64,000 nucleotides of DNA from Candidatus Omnitrophota bacterium (GTDB lineage Bacteria > Omnitrophota > Gorgyraeia > Zapsychrales > Zapsychraceae). Numbering within the stretch: position 1 is the stretch's first letter; the number at the start of each line of letters is the position of its first letter. Made by a program: the position numbers and the translations under genes. The notes under the pieces were generated by a model. The model made no database searches. It was not told where the DNA came from and was given only the letters and a program-made list of their open reading frames with translations. Of this stretch, positions 18,905 through 28,652 are shown one piece after another. The stretch is from the NCBI GenBank assembly GCA_035292445.1, contig DATDQB010000023.1, forward strand, positions 153,533 through 217,532, in the 5' to 3' direction.

Positions 18905-20215
18905 ATGAAACGAGTTTTAATTATTATCATTGGCCTCGCCGTTTTGATCGGACTTATCAGATTTACCCTTACCACCGGAAGCACCAAGCACCAACAAGAA
19001 TCGAATACCATTACCCTTTGGCATTGGATGACCGACCGCCAAGAGGTATTTGAAGAATTGGCTCTCAAATACGAAGAGCAAACAGGCATTAAAGTCAAAG
19101 TCGATCTTTATGCGCCCTCCGATGCTTATACGCAGCGCATCGTCGCCTCTGCCCAAGCCCGCGTCCTTCCCGATATCTACGGTATTCTCGATAAAAAAGA
19201 AATTTTCGCATCCTTCATTGAAAACGGTTTTGTGGCCGATCTGACGGCCGAATTCCAGGCCAATAACGCCGAGTGGGAATTGTCGTTATATGAAAAAGCG
19301 GTGGACGTGAACCGTTTTAAAGATGGGAACATCCACGGGATTAAACCTGGCATTTACGGCGTGCCTATCGACGTCACCAATATCCAGATGGTTTATAATA
19401 AAAAACTGCTTGAGAAAGCCGGCATCTCAAAGGCGCCTAAAACCTTTGACGAATTTCTGCAGGCCATCGTGGCTTTAAAACGCGTCGGCATTGCGGGTCT
19501 GGTTTCAGGCTGGGGGGAGCTATGGATGGCGGATTGCTTCGCGTCCAATTATGCCTTCAATATTATGGGAGAAGAGAAGATCATGGCGACCTATCGGGGG
19601 GAGGTTCCTTATACGGACCCGGATTGGATCGCTGTTTTTGGTGTATTTGAAACCTTAAGAAAATCCGGAGCGTTCTTTGAGGGGATCGTCACCAAACCCA
19701 ACAAGGATGCCGAGCAGGATTTCGCGCTTGAGCGCGCGGCGTTTTCCTTTAACGGTTCTTGGTGCGTCAACGTTTATCATGGCATGAACCCGAATTTAGA
19801 CTACGGCGTCATGTTGCCGCCGGCGGTGAGCATTGAGCGCCCGATGAGGATCTGGGGAGGGGCCGGATCATCGTTTGTCGTTAATAACAGCACCCCCAAA
19901 AAGGACAAGGCCATCGCTTTTCTCAAGTGGCTGACGGCGCCGGAACAGCAAGCCTTTTTAGCCGAGAGGACAAAGAATCTTCCGGCCAATCGTAAGGCCT
20001 TGTCTTCGATCCCGGAAATTTTGGCGGATTTTGCCAAGGGAAGCGAATTTACGACCCATCCGACCATCTGGCCGTATAACGAACATCCGCTGGTCACGGA
20101 AGCTTTTACCAAAGGCCTTCAGTCCATCATTATCGGTGAGAAGACTCCCCAGGAGGTAGCCAAGGAAGTTCAGGCCATGAAAGAGCGGGAGATGAAAAAG
20201 GCGGCACAACGCTAA
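18905..20215 (+). CDS. ABC transporter extracellular solute-binding protein (CUT1 sugar family)
   Basis: Signal/anchor helix followed by a periplasmic SBP fold of 436 aa. Two permease genes follow. Confidence 0.7.
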   Translation: MKRVLIIIIGLAVLIGLIRFTLTTGSTKHQQESNTITLWHWMTDRQEVFEELALKYEEQTGIKVKVDLYAPSDAYTQRIVASAQARVLPDIYGILDKKEIFASFIENGFVADLTAEFQANNAEWELSLYEKAVDVNRFKDGNIHGIKPGIYGVPIDVTNIQMVYNKKLLEKAGISKAPKTFDEFLQAIVALKRVGIAGLVSGWGELWMADCFASNYAFNIMGEEKIMATYRGEVPYTDPDWIAVFGVFETLRKSGAFFEGIVTKPNKDAEQDFALERAAFSFNGSWCVNVYHGMNPNLDYGVMLPPAVSIERPMRIWGGAGSSFVVNNSTPKKDKAIAFLKWLTAPEQQAFLAERTKNLPANRKALSSIPEILADFAKGSEFTTHPTIWPYNEHPLVTEAFTKGLQSIIIGEKTPQEVAKEVQAMKEREMKKAAQR

Positions 20216-20223
20216 CACCTATC

Positions 20224-21144
20224 ATGGCACAAACCAAAACGATCAGTTTAAGTTCGGTCAAAGATAACCTCGAGAATTTCTCTTTTGTTATCCCTGCCGT
20301 ATTGATTTTTACCATCTTTTATATCATTCCTTTTATCGAAATTTTTAACCTATCCTTGAATGAATGGAACGGCATCAGCTTAAATCGTGAATTTGTCGGT
20401 TTACGCAATTTTGAAGAATTGATGCAAGATAAGATCTGGTGGAAGTCCATGTGGAATGCGTGCTATATCACGCTGATCGCCCTTACGTTTCAAAATGCGC
20501 TCGCCTTTGCCTTGGCCCTGGCGTGTGACCGGGAGATCCGCATGCGCCGGTTCTATCGGGTGGTTTTTTTTATCCCGCCTGTTCTTTCGGAAATTGTCGT
20601 CGGGCTTATCTGGAGGTGGATCTTAAACGCCGGCGTGCAAAACGGCGAATATTATGGGTTGCTGAATCATTTTTTGGTCCAAAGCGGCTTGCCGCATTTG
20701 GTCAATAACTGGCTTTCTAACCCTGATACGGCGCTTTCTTGTATCGCGGTTGTGCATAGCTGGAAGGGCTTCGGCTGGGGGTTTATCATGCTTTTAGCCG
20801 GGCTTCAAACCATTGACCGCCAATTGTACGAGGCGGCGAAAGTGGACGGGGCCAACGGTTGGCAGAAATTTTGGAGCGTGACCATTCCGATGATGGTGCC
20901 GGTGATCCTGGTCGTGGTTATCTTGACGATCTTGGGTTCGATGCAGGTGTTTGTGCTGATCCTTTCCATGGTCGGCCAAGGATTGGTTTATCACACGGAG
21001 GTGCCTGTCACGCGAATTCTAGCCGCCATGACCGGGACAAACCGTTTCGGCTACGCTTGTGCGATGGGGGTTGTGTTCGGGGCCATTTTGATCGCAGTTT
21101 CTTTTATCATGAAGCGGATTTCTGACAAAGCAAAACAGGCATAA
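20224..21144 (+). CDS. ABC sugar transporter permease (MalF/UgpA-like)
   Basis: Six TM helices. EAA-like loop (LYEAAKVDGANGWQKFWSVTIPM). Confidence 0.75.
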   Translation: MAQTKTISLSSVKDNLENFSFVIPAVLIFTIFYIIPFIEIFNLSLNEWNGISLNREFVGLRNFEELMQDKIWWKSMWNACYITLIALTFQNALAFALALACDREIRMRRFYRVVFFIPPVLSEIVVGLIWRWILNAGVQNGEYYGLLNHFLVQSGLPHLVNNWLSNPDTALSCIAVVHSWKGFGWGFIMLLAGLQTIDRQLYEAAKVDGANGWQKFWSVTIPMMVPVILVVVILTILGSMQVFVLILSMVGQGLVYHTEVPVTRILAAMTGTNRFGYACAMGVVFGAILIAVSFIMKRISDKAKQA

Positions 21145-21145
21145 T

Positions 21146-22003
21146 ATGGAAGAAAGAATAAAAATAAACCGTTATCAGGTCCTCAATTTTTTTAAAGGTT
21201 TCTTTATTCACGTTTTTTTGTGCGTGGTGACGGTCACTTGTTTATTCCCGTTGTTTTGGATGGTCCGCTCCGCTTTGATGACCAACCAAACCATCTTCGT
21301 CGATAAATCGCTGATCCCTGCGGAAATCCATTGGGAAAATTTTGTGATCGCCTGGGTCGAAGGCAATTTCGGTGTTTATTTTCTGAACAGCGTGTTATAT
21401 ACCGTAAGCGTTGTGGCCGGCATCGTCATTATTTCGTCATTGGCCGCCTATGCGTTCTCCCGACTCCAGTTTCCCGGAAAAAATATTTTCTTTTACATGT
21501 TTGTGGCTGCGATGATGATTCCTTTGCCCGGCAGTTTCGTTCCTCTATATGTGCTTATGAATAAGCTCGGCCTTGTTAATACCCGTATAGGTTATATACT
21601 TTGTATGATCAATGTCGGGCTTTCCATGAGCATTCTTTTGTTAAAGACTTTTTTTGATAAGATGCCGCCGGATCTGGAGGACGCGGCCCGGATCGACGGT
21701 TGCGGTAAATTGGGGATATGGTGGCACGTGGCGCTTCCTTTGGCCCGCCCCGCCCTTGCGGTCATTGTGATCTTTAATTCCTTGAACGTTTGGAATGAGT
21801 ATATCTTGGCGACACTTCTTTTAAATGACAAACAGTTGATGCCTTTGCAGCGCGGGCTGATGGTTTTTCAGGGCTCGTACAGCGTCGATTATCCTTTGTT
21901 GATGGCGGGCTTGACGATTGCGGCGCTTCCTATCATCTTTATCTATTTAGCCATGCAGAAACATATCATCAAGGGCCTTTCATCGGGGGCGATAGTGGGA
22001 TGA
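21146..22003 (+). CDS. ABC sugar transporter permease (MalG/UgpE-like)
   Basis: Six TM helices. EAA loop (DLEDAARIDGCGKLGIWWHVALPLARP). Confidence 0.75.
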   Translation: MEERIKINRYQVLNFFKGFFIHVFLCVVTVTCLFPLFWMVRSALMTNQTIFVDKSLIPAEIHWENFVIAWVEGNFGVYFLNSVLYTVSVVAGIVIISSLAAYAFSRLQFPGKNIFFYMFVAAMMIPLPGSFVPLYVLMNKLGLVNTRIGYILCMINVGLSMSILLLKTFFDKMPPDLEDAARIDGCGKLGIWWHVALPLARPALAVIVIFNSLNVWNEYILATLLLNDKQLMPLQRGLMVFQGSYSVDYPLLMAGLTIAALPIIFIYLAMQKHIIKGLSSGAIVG

Positions 22004-24309
22004 AGGAACAAAAAATATATCAATTTATTTTAACGCTTTTGTTCGTTTTTGTTATAGGAATACCATTTTCCCGGGCGCAGGAACAAAAGGAGATGGTCGA
22101 TTCCGCCGAATTGGTGCGTATGGCGTGGGAAGCGTCCGCCAAAGGGGATTTGCAGGGTGTTCATGCGCTGGCCCAACAAACCTTGGATCTTTACGGTGAT
22201 GAAGCGAAGCTTTTACAAAAAGCGTTGAGCGGATTTCCCGCCCGCGGTGATGAAGAGCTTTATAAGCCGCTTAATGACGTCGGGACGGTTCTTTTTATCG
22301 AGGCCGAGGCGCTCATGAATAACGGCCGCACGCAGGAAGCTCTTCAAAAATTTCAGCATATCATTGAAAATTATAGCTGGGCGCAGGCGTGGGATCCGCG
22401 CGGCTGGTATTGGTCGGTGGCCGAGAAAAGCCAGGCCAGCATCAATGTGATGACCGGGCAATATCAGGAGGAAGAGCATGTCCCCAAAGAATCCCTTCGC
22501 ACCAAGCCCGTCTTGGCCAAACCGGGCAGTGAAAAAATCGTTGACTACACCAAATATGGGGAGTTTACCAATGTGGGCACGGACAAATACCGCTATCAGA
22601 TCAAAGATGTCGACGGGCTTAAAACGGCGGTGGGAGAGGGGATTTATCCCAACATCAACGACACGTTGGATAATCCGCGCTATAAGATCGTTGAGGCCGA
22701 AGGCCGATTAAACGGTTCCCATTGGGATTTTGTCAATACGGATGATTTGGAGGCGGCGTATTTCAAATGGTTTACGGCGACGGAACCGTGGGGCGTGCGG
22801 CTTTTCTTCCTGGGGATAATTTTCGAAAAAGCCGGGATGTATCATGAAGCGCTTAAGTTTTACCATGCGCTAGTCGTTCATTTTCCAAAAACGTTGGCCT
22901 GGACGTACTGGCAGACGCCTTGGTATCCGGGGCAGGCGGCCATCGCGAAGATCCGTCACATTTTAAGGACCCATCCGGAAATAAATTTTACGGACAAATG
23001 GATGAAGATCGAAGTTCAAAACGGTTTCGATAATGACGTCAAAAATGATGTATTCATCACCTATCCGGGAAGGATTGTGCCTAAGGGTGTCGTGGAGCAG
23101 GTCAAGGAAAAGCTTCTCTGGAAGGAAAAAGTGGAGTTGAAAAAGATCGTTAAGCGCGTCGGCAAAGGCAAGGTGCGTTTGGTGCAGTATGATAACGGCC
23201 ATTGGCAGCTTTTGGTGGAGGGCAAGCCGTACGTTATCAAAGCCATCACTTATGCCCCGACTAAAGTCGGTCAAAGCCCTGATAAGGGCACGCTGGTCAA
23301 TTGGATGGAGGAAGATACCAACGGTAACGGCAAAGTTGACGGCCCTTACGACACTTGGGTGGATAAAAATAAAAATAACCAGCAGGATGCGGATGAGCCT
23401 ACCATCGGGGATTTTCAATTGATCAAGGAAATGGGGGCTAATACGCTTCGGATTTACCACCAGCCGCATAAGGTCAACAAAGCCCTTTTACGAGACTTGT
23501 ACAACACTTATGGCATCCGGGTCATCATGGGCGATTTTCTCGGCAAATACGCTATCGGTTCCGGCGCGTCCTGGAGCGAAGGCACGGACTACGAAAATAA
23601 GCAACATAAAAAGAACATGATGGACTCCGTCAAGAAGATGGTGATGGAGTATAAGGATGAGCCGTATATCTTGTTATGGCTGTTAGGAAATGAGAATAAC
23701 TATGGGGTCGCCTCCAACGCGGATAAAAAACCCGACGCCTTTTTCAAATTTGCCGATGAGGTGGCGAAATGGATCAAATCCGTCGACCCGAACCATCCGG
23801 TGGCTGTCAATAACGGCGATACGCTATATCTGGACATTTTTGCCAAACACGCGGCGCACATTGATATTTTCTCCGCCAATGTTTACCGCGGCGATTACGG
23901 TTTCGGCTCTTTCTGGGAGCAGGTTTTCGGCGCCAGCGGCAAACCCGCTTTTATCACGGAATACGGCGCGCCGGCATTTGCCCCGCATTTGACGCTGGAG
24001 GAGGCCGAGCAGGCCCAGGCTGACTATCATTACGGCAATTGGCTGGATATTGAGGAGAACCTGGCCGGTAACGGCCGCGGGGTGGGAAACGCGTTGGGTG
24101 GGGTGGCCTTCGAGTGGCTGGATGAATGGTGGAAAAATTACGAGCCGTATTTGCATGACCGCAAATCCGATGCGGTCGGCCCGTTTCCGGGCGGATATTA
24201 TTTTGAGGAATGGTTCGGGATCGTCGGCCAAGGCAACGGAAAACACTCGCCGTTTTTAAGGCAGCCGCGCAAAGCATACTATCTGTACAAGGAAATGTGG
24301 AGCCGCTAA
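22000..24309 (+). CDS. Secreted clan GH-A (GH5/GH2-like TIM-barrel) glycoside hydrolase with N-terminal novel helical repeat domain
   Basis: Signal peptide. The LLWLLGNENNYG block carries the NE(P) acid/base motif of clan GH-A. The N-terminal ~120 aa hold one copy of the WDPRGWYW repeat domain also found in 24449-25306. Confidence 0.5.
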   Translation: MKEQKIYQFILTLLFVFVIGIPFSRAQEQKEMVDSAELVRMAWEASAKGDLQGVHALAQQTLDLYGDEAKLLQKALSGFPARGDEELYKPLNDVGTVLFIEAEALMNNGRTQEALQKFQHIIENYSWAQAWDPRGWYWSVAEKSQASINVMTGQYQEEEHVPKESLRTKPVLAKPGSEKIVDYTKYGEFTNVGTDKYRYQIKDVDGLKTAVGEGIYPNINDTLDNPRYKIVEAEGRLNGSHWDFVNTDDLEAAYFKWFTATEPWGVRLFFLGIIFEKAGMYHEALKFYHALVVHFPKTLAWTYWQTPWYPGQAAIAKIRHILRTHPEINFTDKWMKIEVQNGFDNDVKNDVFITYPGRIVPKGVVEQVKEKLLWKEKVELKKIVKRVGKGKVRLVQYDNGHWQLLVEGKPYVIKAITYAPTKVGQSPDKGTLVNWMEEDTNGNGKVDGPYDTWVDKNKNNQQDADEPTIGDFQLIKEMGANTLRIYHQPHKVNKALLRDLYNTYGIRVIMGDFLGKYAIGSGASWSEGTDYENKQHKKNMMDSVKKMVMEYKDEPYILLWLLGNENNYGVASNADKKPDAFFKFADEVAKWIKSVDPNHPVAVNNGDTLYLDIFAKHAAHIDIFSANVYRGDYGFGSFWEQVFGASGKPAFITEYGAPAFAPHLTLEEAEQAQADYHYGNWLDIEENLAGNGRGVGNALGGVAFEWLDEWWKNYEPYLHDRKSDAVGPFPGGYYFEEWFGIVGQGNGKHSPFLRQPRKAYYLYKEMWSR

Positions 24310-24448
24310 AGGAGGTTTTTAGCCCTAATTGCTTATCGAAGAAAAATTTTGCGCTTATAAGAAAATATTGTATACTTATTAAGTTAGCCAGCCTTAGAAT
24401 CATTTAAAAAACAACAGTTAATTAAGTATGTTTAGGGAGGAAGAAGCA

Positions 24449-25306
24449 ATGAAAAAATTAATGATTATCTTGGGATTCATCCTTGCAACCGCGGCCGTCG
24501 CTCAGCCCCAGCCCGTAGCGGCATATAATTTCGGGGATTTCCGTTCCGAAACACTGGCCACCAAAGCGTGGGGGGCGCTGGCCGAAGAAGACATCGAAGC
24601 CGTTTTGGCGTACACCAATAAATGTATTGAGTTGTATGCCGAGCAAGCAGCTAAAATGCAGGCCAGTTTAAAAGGTTACGCTGAAGGGCCTGATCAGGAA
24701 ATTTTCTCTTATTGGGCGTTAAACGACGTGGCTACCAGTTTGTTCATTCAAGGCGAGGCTTACAGGAAAGTCGGTATGAAAGACGAAGCCTTGGTCGCCT
24801 ATCAAAAAATTATCGATAATTATTCATACGGCCAAACATGGGATCCCAAAGGATGGTTTTGGAAGCCCACGGAGGCTGCCAAAGAAAAGATCGCCATGAT
24901 CAAAAGCGGTTCCAATTTGGATTTCGGTGATTACACCTCGTCTTTTATGACGGTCCAGGCCTGGAAATCCCTCGATGTCAGCGATTATGAATCGGTGAAA
25001 GCTTATACGAATAAAGTCATCGAGATGTACGACGACCAAGCCAAAAAGATGCAGGCTTCCTTAACGGAATATGCTTGGGAAACGAAAGAAAAAATCTTTT
25101 CCTATTGGGCTTTAAATGACGTGGGCACATCCCTTTTTATTCAAGGGGAAGCGCTTAAACGCCAGGGCAAAAACGCGGAAGCCAAACAAATTTTTGAAAG
25201 ACTGGTTAACGATTATTATTATGCGCAGTGTTGGGACCCGAAGGGGTGGTTCTGGAAGCCCGCCGAAGGCGCCCAGCAAGCGTTGGATGAATTAAGCGAG
25301 AGTTAA
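24449..25306 (+). CDS. Secreted protein made of two tandem ~120-aa repeats (WDPKGWFW domain)
   Basis: Start set at MKKLMIILGF, with a signal peptide and the RBS AGGGAGGAAG. There is an internal duplication; both repeats end in ...NDYxY(A/G)QxWDPKGWFWKP. Confidence 0.5.
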   Translation: MKKLMIILGFILATAAVAQPQPVAAYNFGDFRSETLATKAWGALAEEDIEAVLAYTNKCIELYAEQAAKMQASLKGYAEGPDQEIFSYWALNDVATSLFIQGEAYRKVGMKDEALVAYQKIIDNYSYGQTWDPKGWFWKPTEAAKEKIAMIKSGSNLDFGDYTSSFMTVQAWKSLDVSDYESVKAYTNKVIEMYDDQAKKMQASLTEYAWETKEKIFSYWALNDVGTSLFIQGEALKRQGKNAEAKQIFERLVNDYYYAQCWDPKGWFWKPAEGAQQALDELSES

Positions 25307-25369
25307 TAGCAATCCTCCTCGAGCCAATCTTTATCCATTAAACCTAAGTTGATAGAAAGGTTTGTTCTC

Positions 25370-26077
25370 ATGAAAATGCAAGCGTGGCTGTGTCTACTTT
25401 TTTTCGTTTTCTTAGTGGGCTGTGAAGCAAAACCACTCCAGCCACCGGTTGATTCGCAGGAAGCAACCCAACGATCTTCCCAAGACCTAGCGCGACAGCA
25501 AGGCTCCGAGACGCCCCCCGCATTAACTCAACCCAAGGAACAAGCGCAACAAGAAGCATTCAGTCCTTTCTATGTTTACAAGGACGTCGGTTCGCGCGAA
25601 AACCATTACATCCCTTCAGGTTTCATGCCTAATGGAGCGTGCATTAATTTCAACGACCGTTGGCAAGAAAGCTGCAATACCGGAAAAACCTGTATCCGTG
25701 TTGAATATGATTTGGAATGTTCCCGCGCCGGTCAGCGTTGGGCCGGGATTTATTGGCTGAATCCTCCCAATAATTGGGGCCAGCGAAAAGGCGGTTTTAA
25801 CCTTAAAGGGGCGACAAAGCTGACTTTCTGGGCCCGCGGGGAAGAAGGTGGGGAGCAGATAGAAGAATTTACCGTAGGCGGCATTACCGGCGATTACCCT
25901 GACACGGATAAGATCGTCTTAGGCCCGGTCATTCTTTCCAACCAATGGAAGAAATACACCGTTGACCTGCGCGGCAGGGATTTATCCTATATCAGCGGCG
26001 GTTTTGCCTGGTCCACCAATGAAGAGGTCAACGGAGAGACCTGTATCTTTTATCTGGATGATATCAGGTATGAGTAA
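25370..26077 (+). CDS. Lipoprotein with Q/P-rich linker and C-terminal beta-sandwich (carbohydrate-binding-module-like) domain
   Basis: Lipobox LVGC. Linker PLQPPVDSQEATQRSSQ...QPKEQAQQEA. The C-terminal domain is rich in W/G/aromatic residues (IYWLNPPNNWG, KLTFWARGE). Function is inferred only from context. Confidence 0.4.
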   Translation: MKMQAWLCLLFFVFLVGCEAKPLQPPVDSQEATQRSSQDLARQQGSETPPALTQPKEQAQQEAFSPFYVYKDVGSRENHYIPSGFMPNGACINFNDRWQESCNTGKTCIRVEYDLECSRAGQRWAGIYWLNPPNNWGQRKGGFNLKGATKLTFWARGEEGGEQIEEFTVGGITGDYPDTDKIVLGPVILSNQWKKYTVDLRGRDLSYISGGFAWSTNEEVNGETCIFYLDDIRYE

Positions 26078-26102
26078 TTAGCGAAAAGAAGGTGTGTTTT
26101 TC

Positions 26103-26137
26103 AAGCCACATGTTGCCTGACATGTGGCTTTTTTGTT
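26103..26137 (+). terminator. Rho-independent terminator
   Basis: Stem AAGCCACATGT / ACATGTGGCTT with a 6-nt loop, followed by a T-run. Confidence 0.75.
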
Positions 26138-26297
26138 TGGCCATCCGATTGCCATAAACATAAGCCTTTTCAGGGAAGTTATTGAAAACTAATTACTTAT
26201 AAATATACTATATTTAATAAAAAATATAGATTACTGCTTGTATATATTTTAATAGTTTGTTATATTCATACTGATTCGTTATAACCTTTAACAGGAT

Positions 26298-27578
26298 ATG
26301 GCCATGTCGAAAGCAGCCAAGCTGAGTATCATTATACTCATTGCCCTTCTTGTCGTTAGCTTGGGGTATGCCGGATATGTCCTCACGCAGAAAAGTACGC
26401 TTGAGGAGGAAAAGGCAGCCCTTCAGGGGGACCTGGACCAGGCCGTTGACCGCGAGAAGAAAAACCTCATCAAAATGCGGGGCCTTGAGGATAGTGCTAA
26501 AACCCTGGATGAAGAGCTTCGTAAAGAAAAAGGCCTTTCTGAAACGTTGCGCAAACAAATCACGGAAGCCCAGGCTCAGGCCGATTCCATTAAAAAATCT
26601 CTTGATGAAAAGATCAGCCGTTTGTCTTCCGAAAGCGAAAGCTGGAAAAACCGCATCGATCGCATCACTAAAGAGCGTGATGAGTTATTGGTGAAACTGC
26701 AGAATATCCCGCCGCCGCAGCCCGTTGTCAAAGAAGAGCCGAAACCCGAGCCCAGATCGACTGTGACCGCTCCGTTGGATGCAGATGAAGAATATTGGGC
26801 GCAGCTGTTGAAGGAAAAAGCGGCGCTTGAGATCGAAGTGGAGAAGTTGAACGAAAAAATAAGCCAGGATTCCCTGAAGACGGTCGAGTTAAAGCAGAGG
26901 AACCAGGAATTGGAGATGAAAATCAGCGCGCTGGAAAGCGAGCAGGGCATCATTGAAGAGGATATCCGCGGCAAGGAAGAAATGGTCGATAGGCTTTCCA
27001 TAGAGCTCGCCCGTACCAAGAACGACAAGAAATATGAAACCACTCAAACGGCGAAGTTAAAGGAAGAGAATACCGATTTGCGTCGGCAGTTAAGAGACGC
27101 GGTTTCCGCCAAGAACGCCTTGGAGAAATCGATCATCCGCCTGACTCAGGATAAAGTGACGATGGAAAAGAAAGTCAATCAAACGGAAACTCTTATTCAA
27201 AGCAAGATCGATGAAATTTGGGAAATCAAAGACAGCCTCGATGAAAGCATTCAGCAGAGTAAAGTGGAGCCTCAAACCGGCAATGAGGTGGAGCTGCCCC
27301 CGATTGTCGTCAAAACAAAGGGGCAGGCCGTCAATTATACCCCGGGTGCAACGCACGCCGGCTTTAACGGCACGGTGGTCAGCATCAACGATGAGAATAA
27401 TTTTGTCATTGTCGATATCGGTGAGGTCCAAGGGCTTCGTTTGGGGGACGCCTTAAGCGTCTACCGTGATTCCAAATACATTGCCCGTCTGGAAGTCATT
27501 CAAGTCCGCAAAGATATCGCGGCTGCAGATATTAAAGATCAATGGTCTAAGGTACGAGTCGGCGATGTCATCCGCTAA
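26298..27578 (+). CDS. Membrane-anchored long coiled-coil protein with C-terminal beta-rich domain
   Basis: N-terminal TM (LSIIILIALLVVSLGYAGYV). About 300 aa of E/K/Q-rich heptad-like sequence. A C-terminal ~90-aa domain (GTVVSINDENNFVIVDIGEVQGLRLGDALSVYRD). Confidence 0.5.
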   Translation: MAMSKAAKLSIIILIALLVVSLGYAGYVLTQKSTLEEEKAALQGDLDQAVDREKKNLIKMRGLEDSAKTLDEELRKEKGLSETLRKQITEAQAQADSIKKSLDEKISRLSSESESWKNRIDRITKERDELLVKLQNIPPPQPVVKEEPKPEPRSTVTAPLDADEEYWAQLLKEKAALEIEVEKLNEKISQDSLKTVELKQRNQELEMKISALESEQGIIEEDIRGKEEMVDRLSIELARTKNDKKYETTQTAKLKEENTDLRRQLRDAVSAKNALEKSIIRLTQDKVTMEKKVNQTETLIQSKIDEIWEIKDSLDESIQQSKVEPQTGNEVELPPIVVKTKGQAVNYTPGATHAGFNGTVVSINDENNFVIVDIGEVQGLRLGDALSVYRDSKYIARLEVIQVRKDIAAADIKDQWSKVRVGDVIR

Positions 27579-27586
27579 GAAAACCC

Positions 27587-28612
27587 ATGGTTCGAAGCAG
27601 GAAAAAAGAATCCGAACGTAAAATCAGCATTGAAGATGTCGCTAAACGGGCCAACGTTTCCATCACGACCGTTTCGCGGGTCATTAATAATATTTCAACC
27701 GTCTCCAAGAAGAACCGTACCAAGGTCGAAGAGGCGGTTGTTTTTTTAAAATACAAACCCAACGTGAGCGCGCAGCGCCTCGCCCGCGGCACCAATAACG
27801 CGGTCGGGCTGGTCATCCCCGGTTATCCGGGCATTTTCCATTCTTTTTACGCCGTTGAGCTTATCCGCGGGGTGGGGCATGCCTGTGAAACGACCCAGAT
27901 GGATCTGGTGTTTCATATCAGTAACGGCATCAGGCCATTAAACACCAATAATGTCGACGGGCTTGTGTTTGCCGATATCATTGAAAACCGCAAACAGGTG
28001 GAGCAGGCGGTGGCACTCGGTGTTCCCTGCGTCATTATTAATAATGAAGCGAAAGATTTGGAGGTCAATTATATCGCCGTCGATAATCAAAAAGGAGGGG
28101 AGATCGCCGCCGATTATCTGACCAGCTTCGGTCATAAAAGGATCGCCACGATCACTGGAAACCTGGCCACTCAGGCCGGCTCCCATCGCTATGAAGGTTT
28201 TAAAAATTATCTGGATAAGAAGAAAATCTCTCTCCCCAAAGAATATGTGTATCAGGGGGACTATTCCCGCCGTTCAGCCCGCTTTGCCGCCGAACAATTT
28301 TTGGAATTGAAAGAGCCGCCGACAGCGATCTTTGCCGCCAGCGATGACATGGCATTGGAAGCGATTGCCGTTATCCTGGAGCGCGGGCTTAAGGTCCCCG
28401 GCGATATCTCGGTTATTGGTTTTGACGACAATCCTTCCTGCCTGTACGGGCCCGTTGCCCTCACCACCATTAAACAACCTCTTTTTCAAATGGCTTCCGA
28501 TGCGGTCAAGGTCCTTCATGAGATCATTTCAGGCAAACATAAGAGAATGACTAGGAACGTATTGACGCCGGAGTTAATCGTCCGGGAATCCTGTGCGGCT
28601 CCGAAGAACTAG
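27587..28612 (+). CDS. LacI-family transcriptional regulator
   Basis: N-terminal HTH ([23 protein letters not shown]). Periplasmic-binding-protein-like sugar-binding core. Confidence 0.85.
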   Translation: MVRSRKKESERKISIEDVAKRANVSITTVSRVINNISTVSKKNRTKVEEAVVFLKYKPNVSAQRLARGTNNAVGLVIPGYPGIFHSFYAVELIRGVGHACETTQMDLVFHISNGIRPLNTNNVDGLVFADIIENRKQVEQAVALGVPCVIINNEAKDLEVNYIAVDNQKGGEIAADYLTSFGHKRIATITGNLATQAGSHRYEGFKNYLDKKKISLPKEYVYQGDYSRRSARFAAEQFLELKEPPTAIFAASDDMALEAIAVILERGLKVPGDISVIGFDDNPSCLYGPVALTTIKQPLFQMASDAVKVLHEIISGKHKRMTRNVLTPELIVRESCAAPKN

Positions 28613-28652
28613 AGATTGACAGGGCCGCATTTTCACGCTATCTTACTTCACT

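Noticed and set aside
24449-25306. Possibility that the two-repeat protein is a fragment or pseudogene of the upstream GH-A enzyme
   Set aside because: It has its own RBS, signal peptide and stop. Both repeats are intact and diverged from the GH-A copy at many positions, so an independent gene is more likely.
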